A DNA stretch of 64,000 bases from a virus (Duplodnaviria; Caudoviricetes). The stretch covers positions 4,579 to 68,578 of the IMG/VR virus record IMGVR_UViG_3300031853_000031; one strand, given 5' to 3'. A model generated the notes under the pieces. That model did not search any database. It saw only the letters and a list, made by a program, of their open reading frames with translations, and had not been told where the DNA came from. Both the position numbers and the translations under genes were made by a program. This document shows, one piece after another, positions 46,283-56,904 of the stretch; within the stretch, counting starts at the first letter, position 1; every line of letters begins with the position of its first letter.

Positions 46283-48152
46283 ATTACAGTGTGATTTCTC
46301 CGGCTGGGTTACGAAAAACGACGTTAAATGTGCAGACGGACGAGTCATCAAACATGGAGCCTTCGCTGACAATGAGGGTGAAACTGTCCCGTTAATGTGG
46401 GGACACAATCACTCCGACCCTTCTAATGTTCTGGGAAAGATGCTTCTTAGAAACTTAGATGAGGGGACATACGGCTATGGCTTCCTTAATCATAGTGCCA
46501 AAGCTGATGAGGCAAGAGAGCTTCTTAAGCATGGCGATATTACCAGAATGTCTATATGGGCAGGGGAACTTGTTCATCAGGACTGTAACGTTGTTCATGG
46601 CCGAATTAAAGAAGTAAGCCTTGTCGTTGGTGCCGCTAATCCCGGAGCCAGGATTGAAAATGTCTATCTGGCTCACAGCGATGGTGAAGGTGAAGTATTA
46701 GACGATGAAGCTGTAATCTTCTTTGATGATGGCATTGATTTCTTCCACTCTGACGAACCTGAAGAAGGTAAAAAAGAGGAAAAGAAGGAAGAGAAGGAAG
46801 AAGGGAAAGAAGAAGGCGAAATGGATCCGGAAAAGATCTATAAAACTTTAAACGACGATCAGAAGAGATTGTTCACTTTTGTAGTAAATGAAGCCCTCGA
46901 ATCCGGCAAAGCCGACGAGGAAGAAAAAGAAGTTAAACATTCGGAAGGAGAAACTGAAATGAAATACAATACTTTTGATACTGGTGCAGAGCAGGCTAGA
47001 GGTAACTTCATCTCTCACGCTGACCAGGAAATGATTATGGAAATGGCTAAGGACCGTGGTGTAGGTTCTTTCCAGAACGCATTTAAGATTTATGCCGAGC
47101 AGAACGAACTGATGCATTCCGACGCAGCTGACGCTGTAGGTGGTTTTACTACATCACCAACAGAGAACCATTTCGGACTTGAAGCTGTATTCCCGGAATA
47201 CAAGGAAGTATCCGGCAGCAAGACCCCGGAGTTAATCACTTCTGATCAGGGCTGGATCACAACAGTCATGAACAAGGTTCATAAGAGCCCCATCTCCAGA
47301 ATCAGAACCAGCCATCTCGACATTCGTGGACTGGACGAGCTTCGTGCAAAGGGTTATCAGAAGGGCCGGAAGAAATCCCTGTCTGGCAACTTCGAGTTTG
47401 CTCGTAGAACAACCGATCCTCAGACTATCTATGTTCGTAACTCCCTGCACAGGGATGATATCATCGATATCACAGACTTTGACTATGTAAACTACCTCTT
47501 TAACATCGACAAGATGATGCTGAACGAAGAGCTGGCTACAGCTATCATGATTGGTGATGGCCGTGCTCAATCGTCCGATGACAAGATCTTCGAGACACAT
47601 ATCAGATCTATCTGGCATGATGACGACCTGTACACCATACATGTAGATCTTGATACTACAGATCCCGAGATTCAGGGCAGCGAGACTGAAGGATACTTCG
47701 GTGAGAACTACATCATGGCTGAATCCATGATCCAGACCGTTCTCTATGCACGTGAGAACTTCAAAGGCACAGGTACTCCTGATATGTTCATTACTCCTCA
47801 TATGCTCAACGTAATGCTTCTGTCCAGAGACCGCAACGGCCGTAGAATCTTCTCCAGCAAGAACGAACTGGCTGCAGCTCTTAACGTTGGTGCTATCCAT
47901 ACAGCCGAACAGTTTGCTGACAAGACTCGTACCGCTACTATCAACGGAACCGAGAAGACCAAGAAGCTCATCGCTATCATCTGCAACCTGGCTGACTACT
48001 CTCTGGGTCATACAAAGGGTGGCGAAGTAACACACTTTACACAGTTTGATATCGACTTCAACCAGCAGAAGAGCCTGCTTGAGACCAGATGCTCCGGTGC
48101 TCTTACAAAGCTGTGGTCTGCTATCGCTATCGAGGAGGATGTAACTGCCTAA
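46269..48152 (+). CDS. Fused prohead protease (HK97-type S78) / scaffold / major capsid protein
   Basis: VPLMWGH (His), RMSIW (Ser), EVSLV...ANPGARI; acidic linker; capsid-like C-terminus FDIDFNQQK.L.ETRCSGAL. Confidence 0.9.
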   Translation: MAKPELQCDFSGWVTKNDVKCADGRVIKHGAFADNEGETVPLMWGHNHSDPSNVLGKMLLRNLDEGTYGYGFLNHSAKADEARELLKHGDITRMSIWAGELVHQDCNVVHGRIKEVSLVVGAANPGARIENVYLAHSDGEGEVLDDEAVIFFDDGIDFFHSDEPEEGKKEEKKEEKEEGKEEGEMDPEKIYKTLNDDQKRLFTFVVNEALESGKADEEEKEVKHSEGETEMKYNTFDTGAEQARGNFISHADQEMIMEMAKDRGVGSFQNAFKIYAEQNELMHSDAADAVGGFTTSPTENHFGLEAVFPEYKEVSGSKTPELITSDQGWITTVMNKVHKSPISRIRTSHLDIRGLDELRAKGYQKGRKKSLSGNFEFARRTTDPQTIYVRNSLHRDDIIDITDFDYVNYLFNIDKMMLNEELATAIMIGDGRAQSSDDKIFETHIRSIWHDDDLYTIHVDLDTTDPEIQGSETEGYFGENYIMAESMIQTVLYARENFKGTGTPDMFITPHMLNVMLLSRDRNGRRIFSSKNELAAALNVGAIHTAEQFADKTRTATINGTEKTKKLIAIICNLADYSLGHTKGGEVTHFTQFDIDFNQQKSLLETRCSGALTKLWSAIAIEEDVTA

Positions 48153-48171
48153 CTAACAAAGGAGGTACAAG

Positions 48172-48390
48172 ATGAGCATTAGGAAAGCTTTAGAAATCCT
48201 TGTAACAACTCTTGGCGGAGAGCCAACTTCCAAATCCATCAGAGGGCTTGTGGGCGATGTGTCCGCAGCTCTCGACGGTGAATCTAACGGTAGAACAGTT
48301 GCCGAACAGATCATCAATGTAGCTATCGCAAAAGGGTACAAACCTCCTGCAGAGTCTGACGAAGACCCGGAAGAAGATCCCGAAGGCTAA
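48172..48390 (+). CDS. Small head-associated hypothetical protein
   Basis: RBS AAAGGAGG; follows the capsid gene. Confidence 0.65.
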   Translation: MSIRKALEILVTTLGGEPTSKSIRGLVGDVSAALDGESNGRTVAEQIINVAIAKGYKPPAESDEDPEEDPEG

Positions 48391-48413
48391 CATCAAAATG
48401 AAAGGAAATTCTC

Positions 48414-48734
48414 ATGGCTAAGTTTTATGGCAAGGTGGGCTATGTTCTAACAGAAGAGACTGCTCCCGACGTGTGGATGCCTGTGGAAGTAGAACGTGAC
48501 TATTACGGCGACAGTTTAAACCTCACAAGCCTGAGGAGAGGAGTTGAGGTGAATGATAACATTGAGCTGTCCTGTGAGATACAGATTCTTGCTGATCCTT
48601 ACGCCTTTGAGCATTACGCCTACATTAAATACGTTGTGATTGACGGCTTTAGGTGGTCGGTCAAAAGCGTAAAACCTCGTTATCCGAGATTGGTACTGTC
48701 GATTGGAGGTGTCTACAATGAACAATCAGATTGA
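48414..48734 (+). CDS. Head-tail stopper/adaptor
   Basis: Position; ADPYA...WSVKSVKPRYPRLVLSIGGVY. Confidence 0.7.
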   Translation: MAKFYGKVGYVLTEETAPDVWMPVEVERDYYGDSLNLTSLRRGVEVNDNIELSCEIQILADPYAFEHYAYIKYVVIDGFRWSVKSVKPRYPRLVLSIGGVYNEQSD

Positions 48735-49041
48735 AAGTAGACGCCTTCAATTATCGGAAATACTCCACGAAATCATAGGAAATGAAAATGTGTATTTCCA
48801 GCCTCCAGAAAGCCTTAAGATGTCTTATCCATGTATAAGGTATCAAAGGTCTTCTGGAGATTCGATACCGGCGGATAATCTTAAATACGTTAGACGGCTT
48901 GGTTACGAAATCATGGTCATCAGTAGAAATCCATCAGAACCGGCCGTCGAACTTATCCCCGAAATGTTTCAATACTGTAACGAAGGAAGACATTATACGG
49001 CAGATGGACTGAATCACGATGTCTTCTACATTTATTGGTAA
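48718..49041 (+). CDS. Tail terminator
   Basis: NVYFQPPESLKMSYPCIRY...DGLNHDVF; RBS GGAGG. Confidence 0.7.
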   Translation: MNNQIESRRLQLSEILHEIIGNENVYFQPPESLKMSYPCIRYQRSSGDSIPADNLKYVRRLGYEIMVISRNPSEPAVELIPEMFQYCNEGRHYTADGLNHDVFYIYW

Positions 49042-49053
49042 AGGAGAAATACT

Positions 49054-49731
49054 ATGAGATTAGAATGGGATAAAGTCACCGAACGACTTTACGAAACAGG
49101 TGTCAGCAATGGCGTTTACTATAAGTATACTTCCGCTGGTGCATATGATAATGGTGAAGCATGGAATGGTCTTACCGGCGTAACTGAAAGACCTTCTGGC
49201 GCTGAATCCAACCCTATTTACGCTGATAATACCAAATACCTCGATTTAAGATCTGCAGAGGACTTCAACGCTACTATCGAGGCATACACTTATCCTGACG
49301 GCTTTTCTGCCTCTGACGGTAAGAGTGCGCTCATGGATGGTGTCAACATTGGACAGCAGAAGAGAGCTCCGTTTGGATTCTCTTATCAGACCATTATCGG
49401 TAATGATACTGAGTACAATGATTACGGTTATACAATCCATCTTATCTATGGTGCTACAGCATCACCTTCTGAGAAGACTCGTACTACTGTAAACGATTCG
49501 CCTGAAGCAACAGCAATGAGCTGGGAAGTCTCTACTGTTCCTGTACCGGTTGAGGGTTTTAAGCCAACTGCTCACTTGGAGATCGACTCTACTAAGTTCA
49601 CTGATGCTCAGATGACCGCTATTAAGAACGTTCTCTATGGCACCGATGAAGATGACGCACGTATGCCTTTCCCGGCAGAAGTAGCATCTATCTTACAGGC
49701 AGCTGCTGGTGGGAATGATTCTACTCCGTAA
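49054..49731 (+). CDS. Major tail protein
   Basis: YETGVSNGV...AWNGLTGV...YADNTKY..LRSAE.F..TIEAYTYP. Confidence 0.9.
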   Translation: MRLEWDKVTERLYETGVSNGVYYKYTSAGAYDNGEAWNGLTGVTERPSGAESNPIYADNTKYLDLRSAEDFNATIEAYTYPDGFSASDGKSALMDGVNIGQQKRAPFGFSYQTIIGNDTEYNDYGYTIHLIYGATASPSEKTRTTVNDSPEATAMSWEVSTVPVPVEGFKPTAHLEIDSTKFTDAQMTAIKNVLYGTDEDDARMPFPAEVASILQAAAGGNDSTP

Positions 49732-49752
49732 ACTAATATTTGATACTCGTAT

Positions 49753-49788
49753 GGGGCTTCCGCATAACGTGGAAGTCCTATTTTTTTA
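49753..49788 (+). terminator. Intrinsic terminator after the major tail gene
   Basis: GGGGCTTCCGC-ataac-GTGGAAGTCCT followed by TTTTTTT. Confidence 0.8.
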
Positions 49789-49803
49789 AGAAAGGGGCAA
49801 ATC

Positions 49804-50181
49804 ATGTATATCAAAGAATTAACTTACAAAGATTATAACGGAAACGAAAGAACCGAAAAATTCATGTTCGACTTGTCTCAGGCCGAAGTGATGGAAATGG
49901 AAATGGACAATAACGGCTTTGAAGAGTATGTCAAGAAGATCGTTTCAGCGCAGGATGCTAAACGGCTTAAGGATCTCTTTAAGGAAATCCTTCTCATGAG
50001 CTATGGAGAGATGAGTCTTGACGGTAAGTACTTCTATAAGTCCGAGGAACTTAGAAATAAATTTAAATCTACCAGAGCTTATTCAGATCTCTTTGTGCTG
50101 CTGGCCACAAATACCGAAGCTGCGACAGAATTTGTCAACGGTGTGGTCTCTAATGCAGGAGAAATCGTACCTGTAAAATAA
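49804..50181 (+). CDS. Tail assembly chaperone
   Basis: Position between the major tail and tape measure genes; acidic. Confidence 0.7.
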   Translation: MYIKELTYKDYNGNERTEKFMFDLSQAEVMEMEMDNNGFEEYVKKIVSAQDAKRLKDLFKEILLMSYGEMSLDGKYFYKSEELRNKFKSTRAYSDLFVLLATNTEAATEFVNGVVSNAGEIVPVK

Positions 50182-50211
50182 GCAAATTTTCTTTAGTTAG
50201 GAGGCAAGGGA

Positions 50212-50748
50212 ATGCTTACTCTCACGGTTCCAGCGTCAACTTTGTATAAATCTTCCTCTCATGAATTTATAAATTTAAAAGAAACAACTATTCAACTTGA
50301 GCATTCCCTTGTCTCAATTTCAAAATGGGAGTCAAAATTTTGTACTCCCTTTATCGGCAGGCAGTTAACTCTCCCTGAGTTTCGTGAATACGTGAAATGT
50401 ATGACCATGACTCAGAATGTGAATCCGTTGCTTTATCATAGTTTAACGAAAGAGAACGCTACTGACATCAAAGAGTATATGGATCGCCCTATGACTGCCT
50501 CCACTTTCCATGGGCGTCCTAGAAATACGTCTGGCGAGTTTGTTACCAGTGAAACACTATACTGTCTGATGTTCAATCTCAATATTCCTAAAGAATGCGA
50601 GAAGTGGCATCTTAACAGATTAATGGCTTTAATCAGGTATTGCCAGGCTAAGGCCGCCCCACCGGAAAAGATGAGCAAAGCAGAAACAGAAGCTTACTAC
50701 GCTAAACTAAATGCAGAGCGTCGTAAAATGTGGGGTACTAAAGGATGA
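50212..50748 (+). CDS. Second tail assembly chaperone
   Basis: Own RBS AGGAGG; LEHSLVSISKWESK...KWHLNRL. Confidence 0.65.
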   Translation: MLTLTVPASTLYKSSSHEFINLKETTIQLEHSLVSISKWESKFCTPFIGRQLTLPEFREYVKCMTMTQNVNPLLYHSLTKENATDIKEYMDRPMTASTFHGRPRNTSGEFVTSETLYCLMFNLNIPKECEKWHLNRLMALIRYCQAKAAPPEKMSKAETEAYYAKLNAERRKMWGTKG

Positions 50749-51155
50749 ATGAATACGTTCACATAGAAGTAAAGTCTGATGATAAGGTTGAAAAACGCCT
50801 TAAAGAAATGGCTTTATACATGAAGAACTTAAAGTATATCCACTACATGACAGAAGCTGGAAACAAAGGGGTAGCCGCTTTACAAGCAGCAACTCCTAAA
50901 CGAACCGGAGCCACAGCAGATGCTTGGACTTATGAAATCCGAATTGATGATGAAGGAGCTACCCTTTCCTTCCTTAATAACAATGTCGTAAAAGATTGGT
51001 TCAACGTTGCTTTAGCTCTGCAATACGGACATGGTACCGGTACAGGTGGCTATGTTCCGGGTATTGACTATATTAACCCCGCTCTTCATCCGATATTCGA
51101 TGAACTTCAAGCCCATTTAGTAAAGGTAGGTGATATTACTTGGGGAACAATGTAG
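50745..51155 (+). CDS. HK97 gp10-like tail completion protein
   Basis: ATPKRTGATADAW...LQYGHGT..GGYVPG.DYINPAL. Confidence 0.75.
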   Translation: MNEYVHIEVKSDDKVEKRLKEMALYMKNLKYIHYMTEAGNKGVAALQAATPKRTGATADAWTYEIRIDDEGATLSFLNNNVVKDWFNVALALQYGHGTGTGGYVPGIDYINPALHPIFDELQAHLVKVGDITWGTM

Positions 51156-54100
51156 AAAACCTCGTTGTTGAGGCGCAGTTTAAAAACAAACAGTTTGAGT
51201 CTGGTGTTGCCCAGAGTTTATCAACTATCCAGAAACTAAAGCAATCTCTTAAGTTTGAACAGACCGGGCAGAGCTTATCGAAACTGGGAACACTTGTAGG
51301 GCGAAGTAAAGACTCTATCGGGAATCTCGGTAAGAATGTAGACCAGATCGCTTATAGATTTTCTAAGCTTGGTATGATTACCACCAGAATCTTCAACAAG
51401 ATGATTTCGTCTGTTGAGAGTTTTGGTAGCAAAATGGTTAATGCCGTTTACGACCCATTAGTTCACGGTGGTATTCAAAGAGCTATGGACATCTCTCAGG
51501 CTCAGTTCATGGTCGAAGGTCTTGGGCAGTCTTGGGAGAAAGTTAGAGACGCTGTTGACGCTGCTGTTACCGGAACAGCTTATGGTTTCGATGAAGCAGC
51601 TAGAGCGGCTGCTCAGTTAGGTGCCTCGGGCGTTGAAGCTGGCGACACAATGACTCAACATCTATTAGCGGTTGCTGGTACAGCAGCTATGACTGGCGCG
51701 ACCTTTACTGATATCGCGGATGTCTTCACCGCCGTAGCTGGACAGGGTAAGGTAATGGCTTACCAGCTTAATCAGCTTTCGTTCAGAGGTCTTAATGCCG
51801 CAGCGATTCTTGGCGAACAGCTTGGTAAGACTGAAGCTGAGATTCGGGAGATGGTCAGCAAGGGAGAAATCGATTTTAATACCTTCTCGAAAGCGATGTA
51901 CGAGGCGTTTGGAGAACATGCCAAGGATGCTAACAAGACCTTTACAGGTTCGTTAGCTAATATGAAAGCCGCTATTAAGAGAATTGGGCAGGATGTCGCT
52001 CTACCTTCTCTTGATCATCTTAGAGACGTTTTTAATGCTATTAAACCTGCAGTTGATAAAGTACATGTTGCTTTAGGCAATTCAAAAGAAGGATTTCTTG
52101 GACAGATAGTTAGTGGCATAGGATTTGTATCAGGAAAACTTGCAAAGTTTATCAACGGCTTGGATTTCTCTTGGGTTACCAAAGTCGCTGATACCATTAC
52201 TAACATCTTTTATGGGATGTACGGTATCGCTCTTAAAACCGGTCGTACCGTAAGAGAGATGTTTCCCGGGAGTTTCACTAAAACTCTTACTGGAATCTCA
52301 GACGCCGTTAACAAATGGTCTAAGGGATTCAAAGATCGTAACTATACGTCGTATATGAAGGAACTTAAGGAAGAGGCAGAAGCTGCTAAGAAGCCTTTAT
52401 ACGACATTAACAAACTTGCCAAAGAAGTAATCAATGGTGATTATGGAAATGGCGATAAACGTGTCAAAGAACTTCACGCAATAGACGTATCCTATGCGAA
52501 AGTTCAAAATAGAGTTAATGAATTATTAGGATGTGAGAAGCGACATAAGGAAACTCAGGAAGACCTTGCCGCTGAAGAGCGTCGTCGTAAGTCTGTCCAA
52601 CAGAACTTAAATACACAGCTTACTAAACAGGTTAAGGCTACGAAAGAAGCGACGACTACATCTGATAAACTTGCGAATATTATCGGTGGTATGATTGCTG
52701 TTGTTAAGATGACAGCGGCTGCTACCTCAGCATTTTATAAAATACTACTTAAACCCGCTCTTAAGTCTTTCTTAAACTTTATCTTTAACGCCGCCAGTAA
52801 GATTGGTGCTAAACTAATCGAGCTTTACCACTACTCTAAAGATACTAATGCTTATACTAGGGCTTTTATAGCCCTACGAAACATTTTAGTAAAAGTTGGA
52901 AATGGTACTATGACGGTTGTACGGTATATGAAACGTCTAGGTTCCTATTTAGGTAGCCTTGGAAAACATGTACAGAAGCTTAAGCCTCTTGAGACTATCA
53001 TGACTGGTGCTGGCAAAGCTTTTAATACTTTCATGACTTTCATAACCGGAATACCGGAAAAAGTTAGAGAACTTAGTGGTCTTTTAGGAAACTTGACTGG
53101 TGTACAGCACCTCATCACAACATTATCTCAGCTTAGAGACTTAATTGTTGGCTCTTTTGTTAACGGATTACAACTGTTAACGGGTGCTATGGGCAATGCG
53201 TCCGATGCAGCATCAAATCTCTTCACACAAGATAATGCTTTAAACTTTATCAACGTTGTGTCAGAAGGTTTAGCTACCCTTATCGACCTTCTTATTGACG
53301 GTACGGGTAAAGTGAGGGAATTCTTCTCAGCCGCATCAGACCATGTTGGAGATCCTTTTGGTGGTATCGGCGATATGGTTGATAGCCTTAAAGGGAAGAT
53401 TAAACAGCTTGCTGGAGCGTCAGCGGATGCTTCTGGAGATGTTACTGGAATCTTTGATAGCTTCAAAGAAGGTCCTGCAACAGTATACCAGACAATTAAG
53501 AAAACCGTTGAATACGTTGTTAAAGGTTTGGCTGATGGCTTAGCAGGTATAAACTTAGATCGAGCTATCGGATGGGCTAAGGGGTTTGCATCGATTTATC
53601 TCTTACTCAAAATGGTTGATCTAATTAAGAGTTTGAAGGGTCCAATTGATTCTGTAAAAGCTATTCCTGATAAAATCTCAGGCGTATTGTCGGCTTTAGC
53701 AGGAACTATAACCAAATATCAGGATCAGATTAAGGCTGATTTAGTGTGGGCTCTGGCTAAGTCCATCCTTGCTATTAGTGCTTCTTTACTACTCTTATCT
53801 GGAGTAGAAACAGAGAAGTTATACGGTGTAGCTTTCTCTATGGCTATGGTTATCGGTGCCGTTGCGTTACTGGTTCGGGCTATCGGATTACTTCCACAGA
53901 AGGCACAAGTTAACCAGGCCGAGGAAGGTGTTAAAGAGGTGACAGCGACCCTTAGAAACACCATTAGTAGATTAGGCACAGCGTTAGGGGAAACCATTAA
54001 AGAGCTTGGCAAGAGTGCTGGATTAGCATCCGTTATCTTAGCGGTTGGTGTTAGCATATCGCTATTGGTAAAAACCTTTGTAATGCTCGCTAAAGCCAAG

Positions 54101-56902
54101 GTTACCTTTGGAGAGGCAGGACAGGCAGCTGTTATCATGCTTGTGGCAGCTATCGCATTAGGCAGTCTCACTGTAGCTTTAAGTAAATTTGCCGATGTTA
54201 TGTCCATTGGTACAGCGGCTACTGTATACGCACTAGCTTCTGCTGTAGCGAAAATAGCTGGTGTTGTTGTAGAAATCGGTAATCTTGGCAAAGGTACCGA
54301 TGTTAAGAAGGGTGTTATAGCAGTAGGCGTATTATTGCTTGCTCTTGGTGAAGCTACCAACCTTGCAGGTAAGAGCGGTAGAAGTTTTGGCGGGATTGTT
54401 TCTATGGCAATCACCCTCATGGTTCTAACCAAATCTATTAAAGCCCTGTTACCGGTTGTTGAAAAACTTGGTAACATGGACAATAACAAATTAATCCAGG
54501 CTAAGACAGCTATTACAGAGTTCTTAATTGAGCTTGCGTTGGCTGCGGCTGGTTTGGGTGTCGCTGTAGCATGGCTAAAAGATCTTGGAGATGGAGCTAA
54601 GAATCTTGTTGTTGTAGCAGGTGCTTTACTAATCATGGCTGCGGCTATGAGAGTATTCGCACCGGCATCTTACGCAGTTGGCCCAGCCTTAGCCGCTTTA
54701 GTTGTTTCACTAGCGGCTATAGCTGGCGTATCGTGGTTGTTTGGTCAATTTCCAGTACTTGGAACTGGTTTGGAAATCCTTGCAGTCGGAATGCTTCAAG
54801 TGGGCGGAGCTGCTCTTATGTTTGGCCTTGGTGCTGCAGCCTTTGGTATCGGAGTTGTAAAGATCGGAGAAGGTCTCACCAAGATTGGCCAAGGTATGAG
54901 AGACCTTGCTGACGGTTTTGTTGCTAGCCTTAAAACTGTTAGTGATCATAAAGAAGAAGTCAAACAGGGCATTTCTGATACTATTACCTCTATGGCCGAC
55001 GGGGTGTCTGAGTCTAAGGAAGACCTTAAGCGAGGTGCGGCAGATGCTATACTAGCTTTCTGCGATGCCGTAATAGAGAACGCTCCGAAGATTTCTGAAA
55101 CTGGTAAGACCATCTTTAAGGCATTGATCGTCGGTCTTGTAGAGACTGCCGACTTTGCTGTAACAGCTATCGTACATACTGTAACGTTAGTTATGGACAA
55201 CGCTGCTGATTTATTAGTTGCTGAAGGTGGTCCGTTCTGGAGCGCTGCTCATAAGTTGGTCAATGCATTTGGCAACTTCTTACAACAAGGTTTTACCGAA
55301 TTCTTTGGTGATACTCCGATATTTGAGTGGTTACTGAGACTTGCTGGTCTACAAGGTTCGTTATCTTTCCCGGGAATGGTTAACAGTGGCTTGAACTACG
55401 CTGATCAGAAAGGATTCGGTCCATCGTCACTCGGGCAGAAGAGAGACCCTAACGACACTGGCGGAGGCGGTTCAGCCTCATTTGGACCTGAAACTGAGAA
55501 AGCTTGGGCTGAAGCTGAGGAGAAGACTAAAGAAGGTAGCGAGAAAGTTAATCAGGCTACTATTGAAGGGTTTAATAAGATCCACGAATCAGCTGAAGAG
55601 AACTCTAAAGGCGTGATTAGTGATCCGGTCACAGATGAAGTTGATAAGCTAGTTGACTCACTTCAAAATGGCGATATAAACGTTTCAGAATCCTTGATGA
55701 ATAGTCTCTTCGGCGACGAGATAAAGAAGGCTGCAGAGGAGAATGGTATAGATCTTGGCGGTCCTATCACCGAGGGAATGGCTAAAAAGATAGCAGAAAC
55801 TAGTGGTTTGCCGGTTGATGCTATCATGGAAGTATGTGGTCTTACCGAGGAAGGTGCTAAAGATAAGCTCGAAATCAATTCTCCATCCAAGGTCTTTGAA
55901 AGGATTGGTAATGGGGTTGTAGAAGGCTTGGTTCTAGGACTTGGCAAGACAAGCGGTCTTACTGAAGCGATGTCTGGCATCGTTAATAAACTTACCAACG
56001 CTTTCAAAGGCAAATCCTTCGGTTCAGCCGGTAGAGGTTTGATGCAAGGACTTATAACTGCTGTGAAGAGCGGAATATCATCAACACAACAGTCTATTAA
56101 TTCTGGCGTTGTTAAATGGGTAACTACGATACGGTCGAAGGTTTCTCAGTTTACATCTGCGGGTAAATCATTGATGACAGGTCTTCGTTCGGGTATTTCC
56201 GGCATGGCTGGTCGAGTAGCGTCAGCCGTATCGTCGGTAGTAACATCGGCTAGATCGGCGGCAACGAGGGGTATACATAGTTTCCATTCGATTGGTTCTA
56301 GTATGATGACTGGTTTGCGCTCGGGTATCATTTCTATGGCTAGTAGAATCGCCTCAGCTGCGGCTGCTGTTGTTGCTAGAGCTATCGCTGCAGCCAAAGC
56401 TAAAGCCAAGATCAACTCTCCTTCTAAAGAGTTTATGTGGATTGGTGAAGGTTTTGGCGAGGGTATGATTAAGGGTATTGGCAACATGTCAAAGGCTGTT
56501 GCTAAAACTTCATCTGTGATGACCGAGAAAGCTATCGACACGGCTAAGTCAGCTCTCACTACTGTAGCAGACCTCTTAAGTACTGATGCTATCCCAGTTA
56601 TCACACCCGTCATTGACACCAGCAATGTATACGCTACAGCGGCTGATATCAATGCTTTATTTGGAAAGCAATCTGTGGGACTTAACGCCAACATTAACGC
56701 TCTTATGAACACCATGAACGCTAATCAAAATAGAAGCCCAAATTCAGATGTTGTAAGACAGCTTAAGGCTTTAAGTAAGGACATCGCTAATATGCCACGT
56801 AACAATTACAACGTGAATGGTGTTACCTACGATGATGGTAGCAATATTCACTCTGCAATAGAGACACTTATCAGAGCAACTGTAATAGAAGGGAGGGCTT
56901 AA
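51140..56902 (+). CDS. Tape measure protein
   Basis: 1920 aa, A/G/L-rich; tape-measure N-terminal domain (TAYGFDEAARAAAQLGASG); TTG start. Confidence 0.95.
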   Translation: MGNNVENLVVEAQFKNKQFESGVAQSLSTIQKLKQSLKFEQTGQSLSKLGTLVGRSKDSIGNLGKNVDQIAYRFSKLGMITTRIFNKMISSVESFGSKMVNAVYDPLVHGGIQRAMDISQAQFMVEGLGQSWEKVRDAVDAAVTGTAYGFDEAARAAAQLGASGVEAGDTMTQHLLAVAGTAAMTGATFTDIADVFTAVAGQGKVMAYQLNQLSFRGLNAAAILGEQLGKTEAEIREMVSKGEIDFNTFSKAMYEAFGEHAKDANKTFTGSLANMKAAIKRIGQDVALPSLDHLRDVFNAIKPAVDKVHVALGNSKEGFLGQIVSGIGFVSGKLAKFINGLDFSWVTKVADTITNIFYGMYGIALKTGRTVREMFPGSFTKTLTGISDAVNKWSKGFKDRNYTSYMKELKEEAEAAKKPLYDINKLAKEVINGDYGNGDKRVKELHAIDVSYAKVQNRVNELLGCEKRHKETQEDLAAEERRRKSVQQNLNTQLTKQVKATKEATTTSDKLANIIGGMIAVVKMTAAATSAFYKILLKPALKSFLNFIFNAASKIGAKLIELYHYSKDTNAYTRAFIALRNILVKVGNGTMTVVRYMKRLGSYLGSLGKHVQKLKPLETIMTGAGKAFNTFMTFITGIPEKVRELSGLLGNLTGVQHLITTLSQLRDLIVGSFVNGLQLLTGAMGNASDAASNLFTQDNALNFINVVSEGLATLIDLLIDGTGKVREFFSAASDHVGDPFGGIGDMVDSLKGKIKQLAGASADASGDVTGIFDSFKEGPATVYQTIKKTVEYVVKGLADGLAGINLDRAIGWAKGFASIYLLLKMVDLIKSLKGPIDSVKAIPDKISGVLSALAGTITKYQDQIKADLVWALAKSILAISASLLLLSGVETEKLYGVAFSMAMVIGAVALLVRAIGLLPQKAQVNQAEEGVKEVTATLRNTISRLGTALGETIKELGKSAGLASVILAVGVSISLLVKTFVMLAKAKVTFGEAGQAAVIMLVAAIALGSLTVALSKFADVMSIGTAATVYALASAVAKIAGVVVEIGNLGKGTDVKKGVIAVGVLLLALGEATNLAGKSGRSFGGIVSMAITLMVLTKSIKALLPVVEKLGNMDNNKLIQAKTAITEFLIELALAAAGLGVAVAWLKDLGDGAKNLVVVAGALLIMAAAMRVFAPASYAVGPALAALVVSLAAIAGVSWLFGQFPVLGTGLEILAVGMLQVGGAALMFGLGAAAFGIGVVKIGEGLTKIGQGMRDLADGFVASLKTVSDHKEEVKQGISDTITSMADGVSESKEDLKRGAADAILAFCDAVIENAPKISETGKTIFKALIVGLVETADFAVTAIVHTVTLVMDNAADLLVAEGGPFWSAAHKLVNAFGNFLQQGFTEFFGDTPIFEWLLRLAGLQGSLSFPGMVNSGLNYADQKGFGPSSLGQKRDPNDTGGGGSASFGPETEKAWAEAEEKTKEGSEKVNQATIEGFNKIHESAEENSKGVISDPVTDEVDKLVDSLQNGDINVSESLMNSLFGDEIKKAAEENGIDLGGPITEGMAKKIAETSGLPVDAIMEVCGLTEEGAKDKLEINSPSKVFERIGNGVVEGLVLGLGKTSGLTEAMSGIVNKLTNAFKGKSFGSAGRGLMQGLITAVKSGISSTQQSINSGVVKWVTTIRSKVSQFTSAGKSLMTGLRSGISGMAGRVASAVSSVVTSARSAATRGIHSFHSIGSSMMTGLRSGIISMASRIASAAAAVVARAIAAAKAKAKINSPSKEFMWIGEGFGEGMIKGIGNMSKAVAKTSSVMTEKAIDTAKSALTTVADLLSTDAIPVITPVIDTSNVYATAADINALFGKQSVGLNANINALMNTMNANQNRSPNSDVVRQLKALSKDIANMPRNNYNVNGVTYDDGSNIHSAIETLIRATVIEGRA

Positions 56903-56904
56903 TT

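Noticed and set aside
50150-50215. Programmed frameshift between the tail chaperones
   Set aside because: No clear slippery heptamer before the stop, and the second ORF has its own AGGAGG RBS.
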